Made by a program: the position numbers and the translations under genes
Assembly (NCBI GenBank): GCA_013115145.1
Contig: JAAPAO010000022.1
Location: 67,444 to 131,443 of the forward strand
Reading direction: 5' to 3'
Origin: Perkinsus chesapeaki ATCC PRA-425
Lineage: Eukaryota > Protista > Perkinsozoa
Length of the DNA stretch: 64,000 nucleotides
Notes under the pieces: generated by a model
The model's input: the letters and a program-made list of their open reading frames with translations, nothing else
Databases searched by the model: none
What the model was told of the DNA's origin: nothing
Part shown: one piece after another, positions 8,792-21,900 of the stretch
Layout of the letters: every line of letters starts with the position of its first letter
Position numbering within the stretch: position 1 is the stretch's first letter

Positions 8792-10870
8792 TTAAGGTCT
8801 GTTGCCTCCAACAAAGATATCCTCCACCTTCTCAGTCTGGCCACAGTTAAGACGATATTCATCGATTTCCCTCTGGGTAAGGGCGTCGAAATACCAACAC
8901 GCGCTGGACCCCCTGAGGAGAGCATTTAAAGCAACACCACCAAAGCAAGGGAGGTCACCGCTTTCGGCGAGGCCTGTCCATCCTCATGTGCCTATAGTTG
9001 CCATCGTTGAATATTTGATCAAGATCGGTGGCCGGTACAGCACAGCCAAACACAGACTCGGGATCCACACTAGCTTGGTCCCTAACCTGAAAAGGAGTCG
9101 TGAAAGTGCAGCACGGTGTGATACTTCCTACGAGGCGCTTCCACTGTCGAGACCACTCTGGAATGCGCTTCTTCAATTTGGGTTTTCCTCCCTTCTCTTG
9201 GTCAGAGTTATCAGTATCCTTCTCCGACACATCGTACTGAGAACCCCTCATAACTGCTGTGTAGAGAGCAGCGTGATCTCACCTGGTCGTTCGGGTTCAG
9301 CATAGGCAAAGGCTTCAACTGCTGTCGTTGTGGAGCGCAACTCCTCCTCCCAATAACCACTGGAGTGGTGTTGAGTGTTAGTGTGCCTGCAGCTGCTGGT
9401 AGTGACAGCACCACAAGTGCAGACTCTTACATGCCTTTACTGGCGTAGGCGGAGCATTCTTCTTCATTGAACCAAACGATTCCAGAGCATCCACGAACCT
9501 GGACATGTCACCATTACGTCGAATGGCAGGATTCGAAGAACAACTCGGAAGAAAAGTAGGCTTACTTAACGTCATCCTCACTGCGGCTCTTCTCTGAAGG
9601 GTATCCCGGTAGCGAATCGAATGCTGCAAAGAGACAGCTCGGCATCAGCATTCGATCAGATCTCACCGTTGCTTTCATAGCAAGTCTTCATAATGCTCCT
9701 CTCATGCTCACTCTCCTCACTCTCGTCATCAGCGTCATCACTATCATCAATCTGCATGGCCTGACCGAACAGATAAGACCTACGACAATGTTTATGGGCT
9801 CACCGATGGACCAGCGTCACAATGAACGACATCTTCATCGCGCATCGGAGGTGGTGCAATGAACCGTGGAGTTTTGAAACCGGGAGTGACTTTACCTGAG
9901 GGAGATAGGCACGCCCAGAGGGTCGTTGGATCACCCTTGTCACACGCCTTGAACGGGTTGCTCGCTTGTGATGGTATTTGCCGAAGGTCTGCAAAGTGCA
10001 AATCTCGGAGAATCATGCAGGTGCTCTCACCCTCCGCACTGGGAGTCTTCGGGGCAGCTGGCTGCTTCTTGTTGAGCATAAATCGGTTCTTCAGCTGACT
10101 GACCAAGCCTCCGGCCATCGTTGGCTGCGGAGGCGGTGGGCTGTTCTCTTCCCGAGCCGTTATATCAACCACGGCTTCAGAGATGTCCGCTCCGGCATCC
10201 TGAATGATGAAACGCCCTCGGTGAGTTGCACTCGACACTCGCGGTTGAACGAGCGATCGTATCATTCAGGAACGACTGTGTACAGTAAGGTGTACTCACA
10301 TAACTCTCGGTGCTCTCATCAGCTTCATTGCTATCATTTGCTTTGGCTTCTACTGGTTTAGTAATCACTTCTGGCTGTGCTGGAGCAGGAGGTATGAAGC
10401 GTGGTTGAGCCTTCGCAGGAGCTTGATGCAGGATTCCTAAGGCAGAGTTGGCCCGCTCTTTCGGCAAGTCACTCGCCTTTGAGATTGGGGGCCGTCTTGG
10501 GGACTTTGGGGGCATCCATCTCCTCTAGGGCTCTCACTGCCTTCTCTACTCTCTTAACTTGCCTTATCACAGCTGCTTCCTGCACTGATGGTAAACCTGC
10601 GAAAGCCTATATCCTCGACGAATAGCATCGTAGCCTACTCGGGAAAGGTGTCCCAGCGATGAGCTGCAGCGCTTGTTCCTCGAACGTGTTCAACTTGGCC
10701 ACGGCAGCCCGGAAATCTCGGCTGGCCTCGGTGAGCGTGCTGAATTCTGCCTCGGCATCGTGAACCTAACAGATTATCTATATCACTCGATGCCGGCAAC
10801 AGCAACTAACTTGAAGCTCAACCCATTCCCCAAGTGCCTCTAGGATCTCCGACAGGTGTTTGCTGGCCAT
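8792..10870 (-). CDS. INCENP: INCENP-like chromosomal passenger protein (C-terminal Aurora-binding IN-box), multi-exon
   Basis: Spliced C-terminus reads QYDVSEKDTDNSD...KKRIPEWSR...DPESVFG..VPATDLDQIF...PRRKR|GSSACWYFDALTQREIDEY, matching the IN-box pattern. The middle is Pro/Ser-rich and low-complexity; the N-terminus is helical (MASKHLSEIL). Confidence 0.8.
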
Positions 10871-11000
10871 CGCAACGAAAATGACAACTTAAGAATAATC
10901 GACACGCACTCTCCTTATTAAAGGTAATTCGACAACAATTGTTATCAGACACTATATTGGCATGCCGCCTGGTCAGTTCGCAGCTGAGGTGTCAACTGTG

Positions 11001-12836
11001 TTACTGGGCCCTAAGCCATACCCTGCGCCAGGCCTCCAGACTTCGACCAAGCTCTTCATGAAAGAAATCCCGCATTTTCGCGCTAGTCGACTGCGCATCG
11101 CTATCGTTGAAATGATCCAATTGCCGCAGCAGATCAGCGATGCTGCTGAAATACCGAATTCCTGGTAGAGAGAAGTAATCCACGAACCCCAGGATCTCTC
11201 TGACGGCTGAAGGGTTGCCCTCATCAAACGGGCTCGTCGAATTCCCCCGCCACTGTACGGGAGCCTCCTTGGTGAATCGACCATCGTAGGACTTGTGGTT
11301 CTGGAAGAATAGGTACTTGTCGAGGGACGACGGCATAAAAAGTGGCGTGAACATGGAATAGAACTCATAGAAGGTTACCAAATCCATATCATAGGGGAAC
11401 AGCACCACTGCCTGGAACTGGCTCATGGCACGGTAGCTGGTATCCTCGAGGGCTTTGCGGGTGACCAGAGTATATGGGAAGTTGACGTGGCCTGCCATGG
11501 TACGGAAACCTTGACCATCAGGGTCGTAGCCACCCCCACGGATAGCCGGCTGCGGCCCTCTTTGTTCTTGTTCTTCTGAAGCGTCGAATAGCTGCTCCAT
11601 AATATGCTGTATAGTCCCCGTCAGTGCCGTGTCATGTGGCCTGTCCCAAACAAGGATGTGATGCCTGTACAGAGGACGGTAGGTTGCGTGAGTGTAGAGG
11701 CCGTGGGTGCGGATGAAGGGAAGGCTAACTCCCAGCTGGTATTCATATTGCATGCTTAAGAAGGGGTCAGAGGTTATCAGAATACCTCGCTTGGACAGGT
11801 CCACCAGAGCAGACCAAACCTTCTCCTTGGTAGAGGTGTCCTCCCTATTAACCATGAACAGAGCAGGATGACCAAAGTAGCCCACCAGTAGCACGTCCAT
11901 GGTGACAGCGAGATCTGACAAGACTACACAAAGCACCGGCACTGTGCACACTATCATATCGGGCTTTGGTGCGGAAGCCCTCAAGGCCGCTGCGACAGTG
12001 TCCGCCTTCATGGCTTCTATTGTCTCCCAGTTGAGCTCCTTATTGGTCGTATCCGAGTCGGGCAAGTAGCGCTCAAACACTTCGGTCAAGGAGTCACGGT
12101 GTGTGTCACAGCCTATTGGTCCAGAGTAGAGTTGACCGCAGATGTCTGGCAGCCATCTCGGGTACTGTCGTTGAATGAGCCTTCGGCGGCCCTGGAGTCT
12201 GGTCCCGCCGACCAGCTTCAACATATTGAGGACCTCAGCGCTCAATGAAGCATGGACACCAGCCTCCCAGACGACCATCGGGCCGAGCTCTACCAATCGA
12301 ATCGGAGCAATAGGCGGAGAGACTCGAGGCTGTCTTAAAGATGTCTCCCCAAACGGGAACAGAGGACCGTTGTGCAGCGGCCTGCCATCACCGATGAGAG
12401 CTGAGACACTCAGCGGCCATTGAGAGTCTTCGAGGAATGCTAGGTTCCTCTTTGTCCCAGATGCACCCAAAAGATGGTCGGCCAGCTCAAGCATTCTTTG
12501 GTCGCCGCCAACATCTCCAAGGAGCCACAAAGCAGAGGCAGCTCCATACAGGCATTGAGGACGATGACCGTGACCGTTAGCTTGCAGCCAGAAGTCTATC
12601 ATCATACCAGAGGCTCTAAAGGGGAGGGTATCGTCCGGTAGGATATCGGCCTCGTGATGCTGTACCAGGTCTGAAGCCAGGCCGAGTGCCTCGCTGGAGA
12701 TGGTACCTTCACTTAAGTCCCTGGTGAGGACTTCACGGAAGGTAGCCCATCCCTCTTGCCCTGTGCAGTCCAGGAGCGGTACCGCCTTCAAGGGCAGTAA
12801 CAACATAATAACCGTCAGTCCAGTCATATGGCCCAT
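11001..12836 (-). CDS. Intronless, probably secreted or type-II membrane uncharacterised protein, glycosyltransferase-like
   Basis: Long ORF of more than 600 aa with signal-like MGHMTGLTVIMLLLPLKA. The C-terminal motif AVVLFPYDMDLVTFYEFYSMFTPLFMP resembles GT-B sugar-donor-binding regions. The function is inference. Confidence 0.55.
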   Translation of the reverse strand: MGHMTGLTVIMLLLPLKAVPLLDCTGQEGWATFREVLTRDLSEGTISSEALGLASDLVQHHEADILPDDTLPFRASGMMIDFWLQANGHGHRPQCLYGAASALWLLGDVGGDQRMLELADHLLGASGTKRNLAFLEDSQWPLSVSALIGDGRPLHNGPLFPFGETSLRQPRVSPPIAPIRLVELGPMVVWEAGVHASLSAEVLNMLKLVGGTRLQGRRRLIQRQYPRWLPDICGQLYSGPIGCDTHRDSLTEVFERYLPDSDTTNKELNWETIEAMKADTVAAALRASAPKPDMIVCTVPVLCVVLSDLAVTMDVLLVGYFGHPALFMVNREDTSTKEKVWSALVDLSKRGILITSDPFLSMQYEYQLGVSLPFIRTHGLYTHATYRPLYRHHILVWDRPHDTALTGTIQHIMEQLFDASEEQEQRGPQPAIRGGGYDPDGQGFRTMAGHVNFPYTLVTRKALEDTSYRAMSQFQAVVLFPYDMDLVTFYEFYSMFTPLFMPSSLDKYLFFQNHKSYDGRFTKEAPVQWRGNSTSPFDEGNPSAVREILGFVDYFSLPGIRYFSSIADLLRQLDHFNDSDAQSTSAKMRDFFHEELGRSLEAWRRVWLRAQ

Positions 12837-12974
12837 AGTGGTCACACGCAGAAGGAAGGTGCTGTCATCTACCAAACTCATAGAGAAGCTTCGCTCAACG
12901 CAACCGTGATATCCTTTACAGAAATATAACGTGGACAATGCGAGACCATGATAAATGACATGTTACTGTAATGG

Positions 12975-15900
12975 TCAGTGAATGTCCAGGGCTTCCCAAG
13001 GGGCAACATCCTCGACGCCCTGAACGAACTCGCTGGTGAGGTGCCGCCAGATAGCCAGTCGCCAAAGCTGCCATGGTATCTCCTCTAGCTCTGGCGGAAT
13101 CTGTATGTTGTAAGCCTGGAAAAAGGTGGCATAAACATAAAGTAGAAGGGTATATACATGACGCTATTCATTACGGCACATATACAGTGGAGACACAAGG
13201 CTATTAGTGAAGCAAGTGGAGGCTTAATGAGCAAGAGGAATCACACAAGGCAGAACTGCTGTATTGAGAGTGGGCGTTGTAGAAGAAGACGACTAAAGAT
13301 TGAACACACCTCTGTCATCTCAGCTGCCAGCTGTCGTCCAGTGCATTGGCCTCCACCTTTTACTTGGCTTGCTAACTTCTCAAGGGAAATGAAGCTGACA
13401 GAAGTACCCTGTGAAACCTGAAAAGCAAAGGTAGAAGTAGGATGTGGCTACACCGAAGGGTACCTCTTGAGACCATACCGCAATAACATCGGCAATAAGT
13501 CGAATGAAACCATAGTCTCCAATGAAGGTCTTGATACCTTCGAGCGCCAAGGCTTCATCCTGGCATTAGGGAAGGAGGAATTCGAGAAGACGGGACTGCC
13601 AATCACCTCGTCAATGATTCCGTTAGCATCAGTGTCCAGGAAGCTGAATGCTTGAGCAGCAGCTGCTCGTGTGGCTGGTGTGGTAGCTTCCAGATAGTCC
13701 TGAGAATGCTGCCTGGACGTGGCTCGAGCCAGCATACGTACCTCCAAGCCCTGCAGGTCCATACCTTTACCAGGGCCCAACTCCTCTTTCTCTTCCTCCT
13801 TGCCATGTTTGGTCGTGTGCTTAGTCTCCAGGAAGGACCCCCCACTGCCAGGTGAGCTGGTTCCCATTACAGCTTCGAAGCCATGGAATAGCTGCATGAA
13901 CCACAACCTTCGAGACTGGCTGTCATACGCCAGAAGCCTCAGGAGACCGAGCTCATTCGCTGACACCGTGCCTGAGAGGCTCACGCCCACTGGACGCCAG
14001 TCGACGTCCCCGAGCTCACCGTCGCCATCGTGATCGAAGTATTCCTCAAGCAAAGTTCGAGTACCCACAGGGAGAGCGGCCAGCAATGTCGGGACTTCAG
14101 CCGAGTATCGAGATGCCCTTGCCAAAGCCCTCGGAGTTAGCAGTAGAGGAGCATGCCGGAGGGATGGAGGAGCTGCTGCCTCAAGACGAGACCATTGCTG
14201 CCATTCTTCGAGAGAGATCGTCCAGCTGCCATCTAGATCGATAAGGGAGAGCAACTAAAACGTTAGTACTCAGCGCAAGGCAGCGCCAGCTACCTCAAAT
14301 CCCCAACGGTTGGTCGTCCACTCGGTGCCAGCCAGTTCGGTAGGAGTGAGGACACCATCATTGTCGGTATCCAAGGTCCAGAATCTCGCCCGCATAGTAA
14401 CAGCACTGAATGCTGCCGCCAGCATCGGTATAGATAGCCTAGGGCGGATACTAGGAGGGCGATAGCTACATGTAGGTCACCTATCGGTAGACCATAGGCG
14501 CCCCAGTAATATCAAAACATCTATTGGAATACCATCCTTGCCAATATCGAGAAGCGCGTCGAATGCCTGGACCAGAATCACCACAGAACAGACGCGATTC
14601 GCACCTCCTTGGAGAAGGCACCGTCTGGAGCATCAACATCTATACCATAACGAACGAACTCCACGGTATCAATGACACCGTCGCTGTTCTTGTCCATGGA
14701 CCTCAGCGAGCTTTCCACCGACACTCTAGAGCTATCCATCAGTGGCGCCAGGCTTTGCCGTGCAACAGCTACGCGCAGTAACGCAGTCGCGACCTCCTCT
14801 ACAGCAAAAACACTAGGCCTCCTGTCGACAGAGCAGGTAGAGTACTGTTATCAGAGACGAGATAGTCTTTAATAGCATCACGGGTGGCTTTGGGCAAATC
14901 CCTCAGCACTTCTCTGTACGCAGCCATCGGATCGCCAGAGCCACTGTATCGTTCAGCCAACCTGCAACAGTAATCGCATTATCGATAATACTGAGATACT
15001 GTTCAGATACTTCGATGCAAAAAGCGATGCCGCCGGTGGCATGATGTCATCCTCCGAGTGAGCTAGCATTTGCCATTCCCCTCGACCGAGGACGTCTGAT
15101 GGAATGAAGGACATCAACTTGGAGTAGGCTGCCTGAGACGGAAACGGCTGAACAAACCACACAGGAGAAGTGGCTTACACAAACCGAGGAAACAGTGGAG
15201 GTAGAGTTCCTTGAAGGACATCCAAGATCACTCCGGTCTATGCGACCGTCCTTGTTATTGTCCAGCTCAGAGAATCTCATTTCTAGCTCGGCGGATCGTA
15301 ATAGACGCAGCAAGCGGTTGGTCTCTCTAAAGGCACCCCTCGGCCATATATTCGACCAACGGAGCATCGCCTACCGGCCGTCCTTGAACGCCCGATAGAG
15401 CCGGTCAACCAGACGCCAAGATGGTTGGCCTTCATGGCTCTTATGCAGCAGGCTGAGGAGCTACAAAGGGAATATGGTGATTAGAAGAGGAATCACAGAG
15501 ACAGATCACTTCGGAGGTGAAAACACCTCGCGTGCCGAGGCCTCGACCGAACTCCAGCCAAGTAGTCTCGGTCAGCCTCCCCTTAGGGAATGCCAGCTGA
15601 GCCTAGGACGCGAATTGGTAAAGCTGGCTTAGGTTGCCCTACATGAATCGGCAAGACGACTTCAGGATACTCGAGGGGCTCCTCTGATCGAGGAGCACCA
15701 ACTTCGAAGAAGGACCCCTACCAGTAACACTAACGGCAGACAGCATATTCTAGCATACGGTAACAGAGTGCCACAATGATCTCATCCAAGAGCCCTGCTT
15801 CATTATCGATGTGTCAGCTTCAAAGGCCTTCTGCAGTAGATCACCGTAAGTGGTGTCGAATGTAGGCGTGCCATGATCCAGCCCGATGAGTAGCCGAGCC

Positions 15901-18900
15901 AAGACTGCCTCTTCCTCTTCTATATCACCTAGCCATCAACGCCTATAGCAAGAGGCAAATAAAAAGCAACCTACCGTCACCATTGATATCGAAGAACTCG
16001 AACCCTTCAGCTTGGCGGTGTTTATGTCCCTTTCCCTTGTTATGCTCCTTTTTATCTCCTTCGCCTCCTTCATTCTTCAATAGAGAGCTCAGCCTGAGGG
16101 CCAGCTCGGGTAGGCTTGCTGTTTTCAGCCTATCGCGGTGCCTGAGCTTGTCAGTCCCGTCAAGGCCCGAAGCGGCTTCCCCTACTCGAACAACTGGAAA
16201 CGAGTTTCGATAGGAATGCTCCTCACGTACGCCCATTTCTGTAAAGATCTCCGCGAGGCTCCGCTAAGACCACTGGTACCGTGCTCGAGGATCTCCATAA
16301 GCTGACAACGAGAATTTTACGCGCACACTTGACTGGTAAGAGTCACCTTCTCCGAGGGGCTGCCTTCCCAACCTAGTTCCTTTGGAGACAGGACGCCATT
16401 CTTATCAGCATCAAGACTATAGAACAATGGCCCCATAGAAGCAGCGCTGAATAGGGCTGCAGTCTCAGCGAGTATCCTGAGTACAGCGGGAGATGCGCTG
16501 TCGACAGCAAAGCAGGAAGGCTGACAGCTCACCGGGAGCTTCTGAGGTTCATCCACTCGGTGATCACTTCAAGGAGGATCGTGTCGTCTTCGGAAAGCTT
16601 GTCAAAGTTCTGATGAGCCCAGGTCCTTTGAAGCCTTTGAAACTGACGTACCGCGTCGGAGAAGATCCTACTGCCTGCCAAGATAGTCTGGTCAAGCTCC
16701 AAGAATGTGCCTCGGGCTAGATCAGTCGACACAGCACCGTGGCCTGACGGCTCATAGGGCATCAACTCCTCCATGATGAAGGAGAAGTCAGACGTGAGAC
16801 GAACAAGTGCGTACTCGGCCGCGTCGAGTGCACCTACGAGGTTGGATAAAATAGGACTTGATCCTGGTGTCCGTAGTATGTAGACATGCACGCCAGTTGT
16901 TCGAAAGGGGCAGAGTTACGGAAGTGCAACAATACAGAAACTGCTGTTCGGTAGGATAGTTCCGAATCTTGAAACACTTGCAGCGTGTAGATTTTTAATC
17001 AGCATAAGAGCGCGAGGAATCATTCAGTACTGTGTAATTGGTAGGCCACCAATGACAGCTCTCACCATCATCATTCTCGTCAAGGAATGCCACCGTCTGA
17101 TGTATATCCTGCTCAGCTAGCTTTGCCAGCTCCTCCATAATCTCGACAGTAATAAATGCAGTATCCTTCTCAAAAGTCTCCTTTCGCTCATCCACCCTAC
17201 ACTTAGAGCCTCATCGACCACGAAAGCATGTACCGTACTTCCTAGCCAACCACCGGACAACTGCCGGAGTTGCGTCCTCACTGCGACCAGCTAGTCTCTG
17301 CCACTCTGTACGAGACAGTTTGCCGGACCCGTCAGCATCCAGTATCGCCAGGAACTGCCATCCCATTTCTGTAATGCACATTCCAAGACCTTACCCATCT
17401 CTTATCATCCTCGGTAGCGTTGACATCCAGCTCCTCCAAAGTGAGCTCATTATCAGCATCCTTATCAAACTGCATGAACCGATCATGCAAAACAAGCGCT
17501 TCCACGAATCGATATATCAGGGGCACATTTCTAAAGGAGTTCATCTTCGACCGGTGGAACGGGTAAAGCGGTTACGATGAGTCCTTTGTGGCCATATGAA
17601 GCATCTCGTACCGCTGCAGCTGGGCCCCTTCAGCCCTTTCGGCCGATAGATGCTTCAGTACCTGATCGTGAACTCGTCCACCACTTCGATAGGAATAATG
17701 GAGTATGAGTGGCGGCTGATAGAATAACACGTCATCCAAGCCTGATTAGTGCCGTGTAGCATTATCATAGCTTTCTTGCCGATCAAAAGCCTCACCCTTC
17801 TCGAGAATAGTCTTTGGTACGAGCCGCTGCTAGCTCGCATAGCCTGCAGCTCTGCGGTAGACAGACTGCCATCTCCATCCAGATCCGCAAGGTAGGCAGA
17901 CACTGACATATAGGGCTAAAATAACACCACTAACAACTGGTCACGGCTGGTATCGGCTACCCCAGACGGTGTTGCAATTTCCAAAAGTGACGGCGAGGGT
18001 TCCTAAGGAATTACACGACTGCTGTGCTCCAGGCCGTCTCGGCTCCTACCGTCAATTGAAGCCAGGACATGTCGAATACCTTACGTTGGCTGACATCGAT
18101 ATTAGCATCAAAGCCTTTCTCTAATATCTCAGAGAACTTCTCCCTATACGAGGCACCATCTGATTTGCCATGCATCAGCCGGCCAAGGCGGCCCTCTCGA
18201 AAGCTAACTCTTCCTGAGCAATACCCTCACTCCATAGCCGAGTGTCCCGCCTACCTTTCTTCTGGGAATCGGTGGCATTAGAGCTCTCTGGAGAGGGCTC
18301 GTTCTGATCCCCAGCTGCCTCAGCTGTGGAGTTGTTCCCCGCTGACTCGCCCTGGCTTCCATCTTCACTAAGACTGATAATGTCGGGCTGGCTGAGACAG
18401 GTTTCAATCTGAATTTCGTGGCGTGTGACTCTCACTCCATAACATCCATTCTTGTTTTGCGTGGTGCCGAATTAGCGTAGACCCAGTCCTGGAGATCCTT
18501 CCGAGATACTCCGACTGCTGCCTTCGGCGGCTCACTCCGAGTTAGCTCCTCGAATAGCTGACAAGCGCCAACAGCAACCGGAGCTCGACTGCACTTCCAG
18601 ACTCACTTGCTTAGCGTCATCATCCCAACCAAGCTCGTCCATCGACAGCACACCATTCCTGTTGGTGTCTGCAGTATAAAAGAAGGTGTCCATATTGAGG
18701 GCCGAGAACACCGCTGCTGCTTGCCGCAGAGCCCTAGAGGTCATCTCATTGATAAGGTACAGGAAGATACTTTTTGTTCCGAAGCTCCATCCAGCGGCTT
18801 ATAACATTTAAAGGTAGCAGCTGCCTCTCTGCGTCGGAGATGAGCTCGAATAACTGAAACTCAATGGCAGCAAAACCGCTGCAACCAGCGCCATGGTGCC

Positions 18901-21900
18901 CACCTTTGGCTTGAAGAATTTATCAGACGCTCCGATCCGTTTGCCGACCTTCTTGAACTCAGCCTCGGTGAGATCTTCAGAGATTGCTGGGCTCACTGGT
19001 GCCCCTCTGTGAGGCAGCACAGCCTCCGACACGTGACGCATGTCACTAAGAAGCCGCAGACGGGGAAACTCTCGGAAGGATAGCTCCCCTGAAGAAGAGA
19101 CAGCCATGCAATACGATAACTCGCGCTGAGAAGTTGAAAATGAAAAGATGCATGTAGAGACAAAGTGGGCTGGCAAGCGGAACTCATTCCAATGACTGCA
19201 AAACCTTAAGCTCCTGATATCTGATAACTATCCCACTCGGACTAGACAAGAGCACATATTTCGTAGAGCAGGTATGGTGAGCCCCGAGCATACCATCGCC
19301 ATCGGTGTCGATGAAGGCTTTAACGGTCTTCACTTCATCTCCAGGAAGTCCATCCAACTGCTTCAATACAGCGGATGAGACCTTTGCCGAGTCCAAGTCG
19401 AAATCGCCATCACGTTCTGGTAACCTGGTCAAGCCACTCCATGAAGTTGTTACGTCAGCCAAGCCCTTACTTGCCAGCAAGCCAGACAGCGGCATCGGGA
19501 GCCGCGTCGTAGGAGTAGCCGGCCAAGGACATCCACTCGGACGTAGAGATAGTCGTGCTGTTGTCAACATCGAGCAGTTCAATCACCTACGTGGCCTTGA
19601 ACGGCCATTAGTGTTCGGAGGAGCTCACCCAGTCAACATCCTCGGAGGAGAGGTCCAGGCCATTAAGCTCCTCATGGCTGAGGTCTTCGCTCTCGTCGTG
19701 ATCCAAGTCGACGAATTTGGCGTGCAGCTGCAGCGCTTCGATGACACCATGGATGGCTTCGACTGCCCTGACGAGCACCAGCGTTCAGAGATGCCCCGAG
19801 AGCTAAAGCCCACCGATGGTCTTTGGTACAGCGGTGAAGCTCCTCGAAGGCGTCCAAGTCAATCACGCCGCCTTTTCCAGCCCCAAGGTCCTTAAAGACC
19901 TGCGAGACGAGTCCGATGAAGGAGGGGCGTGGAAGGCACACTTCAGAGGAGAACACTCTAGGAGTCGCTCCCATGGCGTCCCTTAGGTCATCGAACTCTG
20001 GCGCTGACAGGCGGTGATCGCTATTATAGTCTGCTCGGTAGCCTGACAGTGTCCTATAGACCTGATTCCCAAATAACCGGAGTCCCAAGGCTGCAAGCGG
20101 TGACCTTAGGCTGTTGGCACTCTTCTGAGCGCATTTGGAGCAGCGCCGATGGGCTTGAGAACTAACAAAGGAGATGGTACGCTTGGCGTGGCCCTGAGCA
20201 ATAGACCTCCTGCTTGGTTTCCATCACCACTCGGAAGCCTTTATGCATCATAGCGTCCAAGACCTCCATGGATTCACTCTGGCCCAACAGACGCAACAGG
20301 CCCACTTCGTCCACATTCAGAGTCCCTACCAGGATGTGTCCGACGCCTCCCTTGCCAAGCTCACCATCATCATTGGTGTCGAAGACCTCTAGGATGGCAT
20401 TGCGCTCCTCTAAAGATGCTTCTTCAATTGCCTTACTGGCCGCCAGACGGAGGTCCGATGCGCCAGCTTCCTCAACGACGCTAAAAGCACACGGTGGGCC
20501 ATCCGACGGTTCGAGGTAAGGCCTACTCAAGGGCAAAAATCTTAACGGTGCCCGGGGCAGAGAAGGCGAAAGTGAGCTGTTGGAGACTGAAGCGGTCGAT
20601 GTAGCTGATGCCATCGGTACCATTGATACCAATGGCACTGAACACCTGAATGCTTAATGGGACGGGGCAATCACGGCTTGTCCATCCGTGCTACGGCACT
20701 ATAGGGAATCAAAAGTCAATTTGCAGTTGAGAGCATACGGGACTAGCTGACCTCGGTGGGGCGGAGCCGGGGGAAGTCCGTGTGGAAGTCGGCGAACTCG
20801 TCCATGGTTATCCTGCCCGTCAGGTCAAAGTCCTGACTTGAAAAGAATGCCTCGCAGTTAATAGCACTGAACACTCTCAACAGCTGATTCACGCGCCTGA
20901 AAATACCGTAATGCTCGTCATCTTCGAACACTCTACCTTTCGGCCACGGCCCTCAACCACACTCTAATAATTTCGGGAGGTATAACAGTATCGATCGAGG
21001 CCTGGCCGATAGGAGCCAATGCCGTGAAGGACTGGTAGGGGGGCTAGTTCCTTAGAAACAGCGGGGGAATGTACCTTCTCGGTGAACGCCGCGTGGTTCG
21101 CCCTCGTCTTCGAGGAGTAGGCCAGGAACCGTCGTCGGTCCCATGGTGTGCTGAGCGACAACCCATCAGTGTTGTAAAGGGCGCGAGGCATAAATTCATA
21201 AACGATCTCCGGGGTGGCGAGGAACCGCAGCAGGATGAGCTCATGGTCGTCCAGGGAGCCTTAATGCAAAGCCATGTCCGGCAGGGCTGTAATTCAGATA
21301 CTGACCATCTCCGTTGAAGTCTAAGAGCTGGGAGACCTCCGCTTGCTGGAAGGCAGTAAGGTCCTCCAGCTCCTTCAAGACAACACCTGCGCTCCATTCG
21401 AGAGTCTCCGCTATTCTGAGGAACATCTGGCACACTAGCGCGCCTCAAGCGGCCACCTTCTGGCGAGCAGCACTGCGCTTGGTGGGGCGGCCTCGGTGTG
21501 CAGACCTGCTAGGACTTGGACCTCCGACAGCTCTAGAGACTTCGAAGAGTCCCGATCCAATGTCTTGAACACCTACAAAGGCGTCGGAGTTTACAAACTC
21601 CGAGAGAGCCGCTCACCCAGACTCTGTCCGAGTCCAGACCGATCTCATCCCAGCTGATCTTCCCATCGCCGTTCTTGTCCATGGCATGGAAGTTGGCCTC
21701 GAGAACAAAGCTGTCGAAGATGAGATAGATCCTCCGAAGGTTCCTAGATGACCATACGGAGTAGTAGATGAGATCATGACTCCACCTCATGTCCTTGGAT
21801 GCGTAGTGAAGTTGATCAGCTACAGAAACGTCCAGCATGCCGGAGTCGTCTTCGGCAGTGAAAAGATCGAAAACCTGCCCAGGCCGGCGAGCAACACGTG

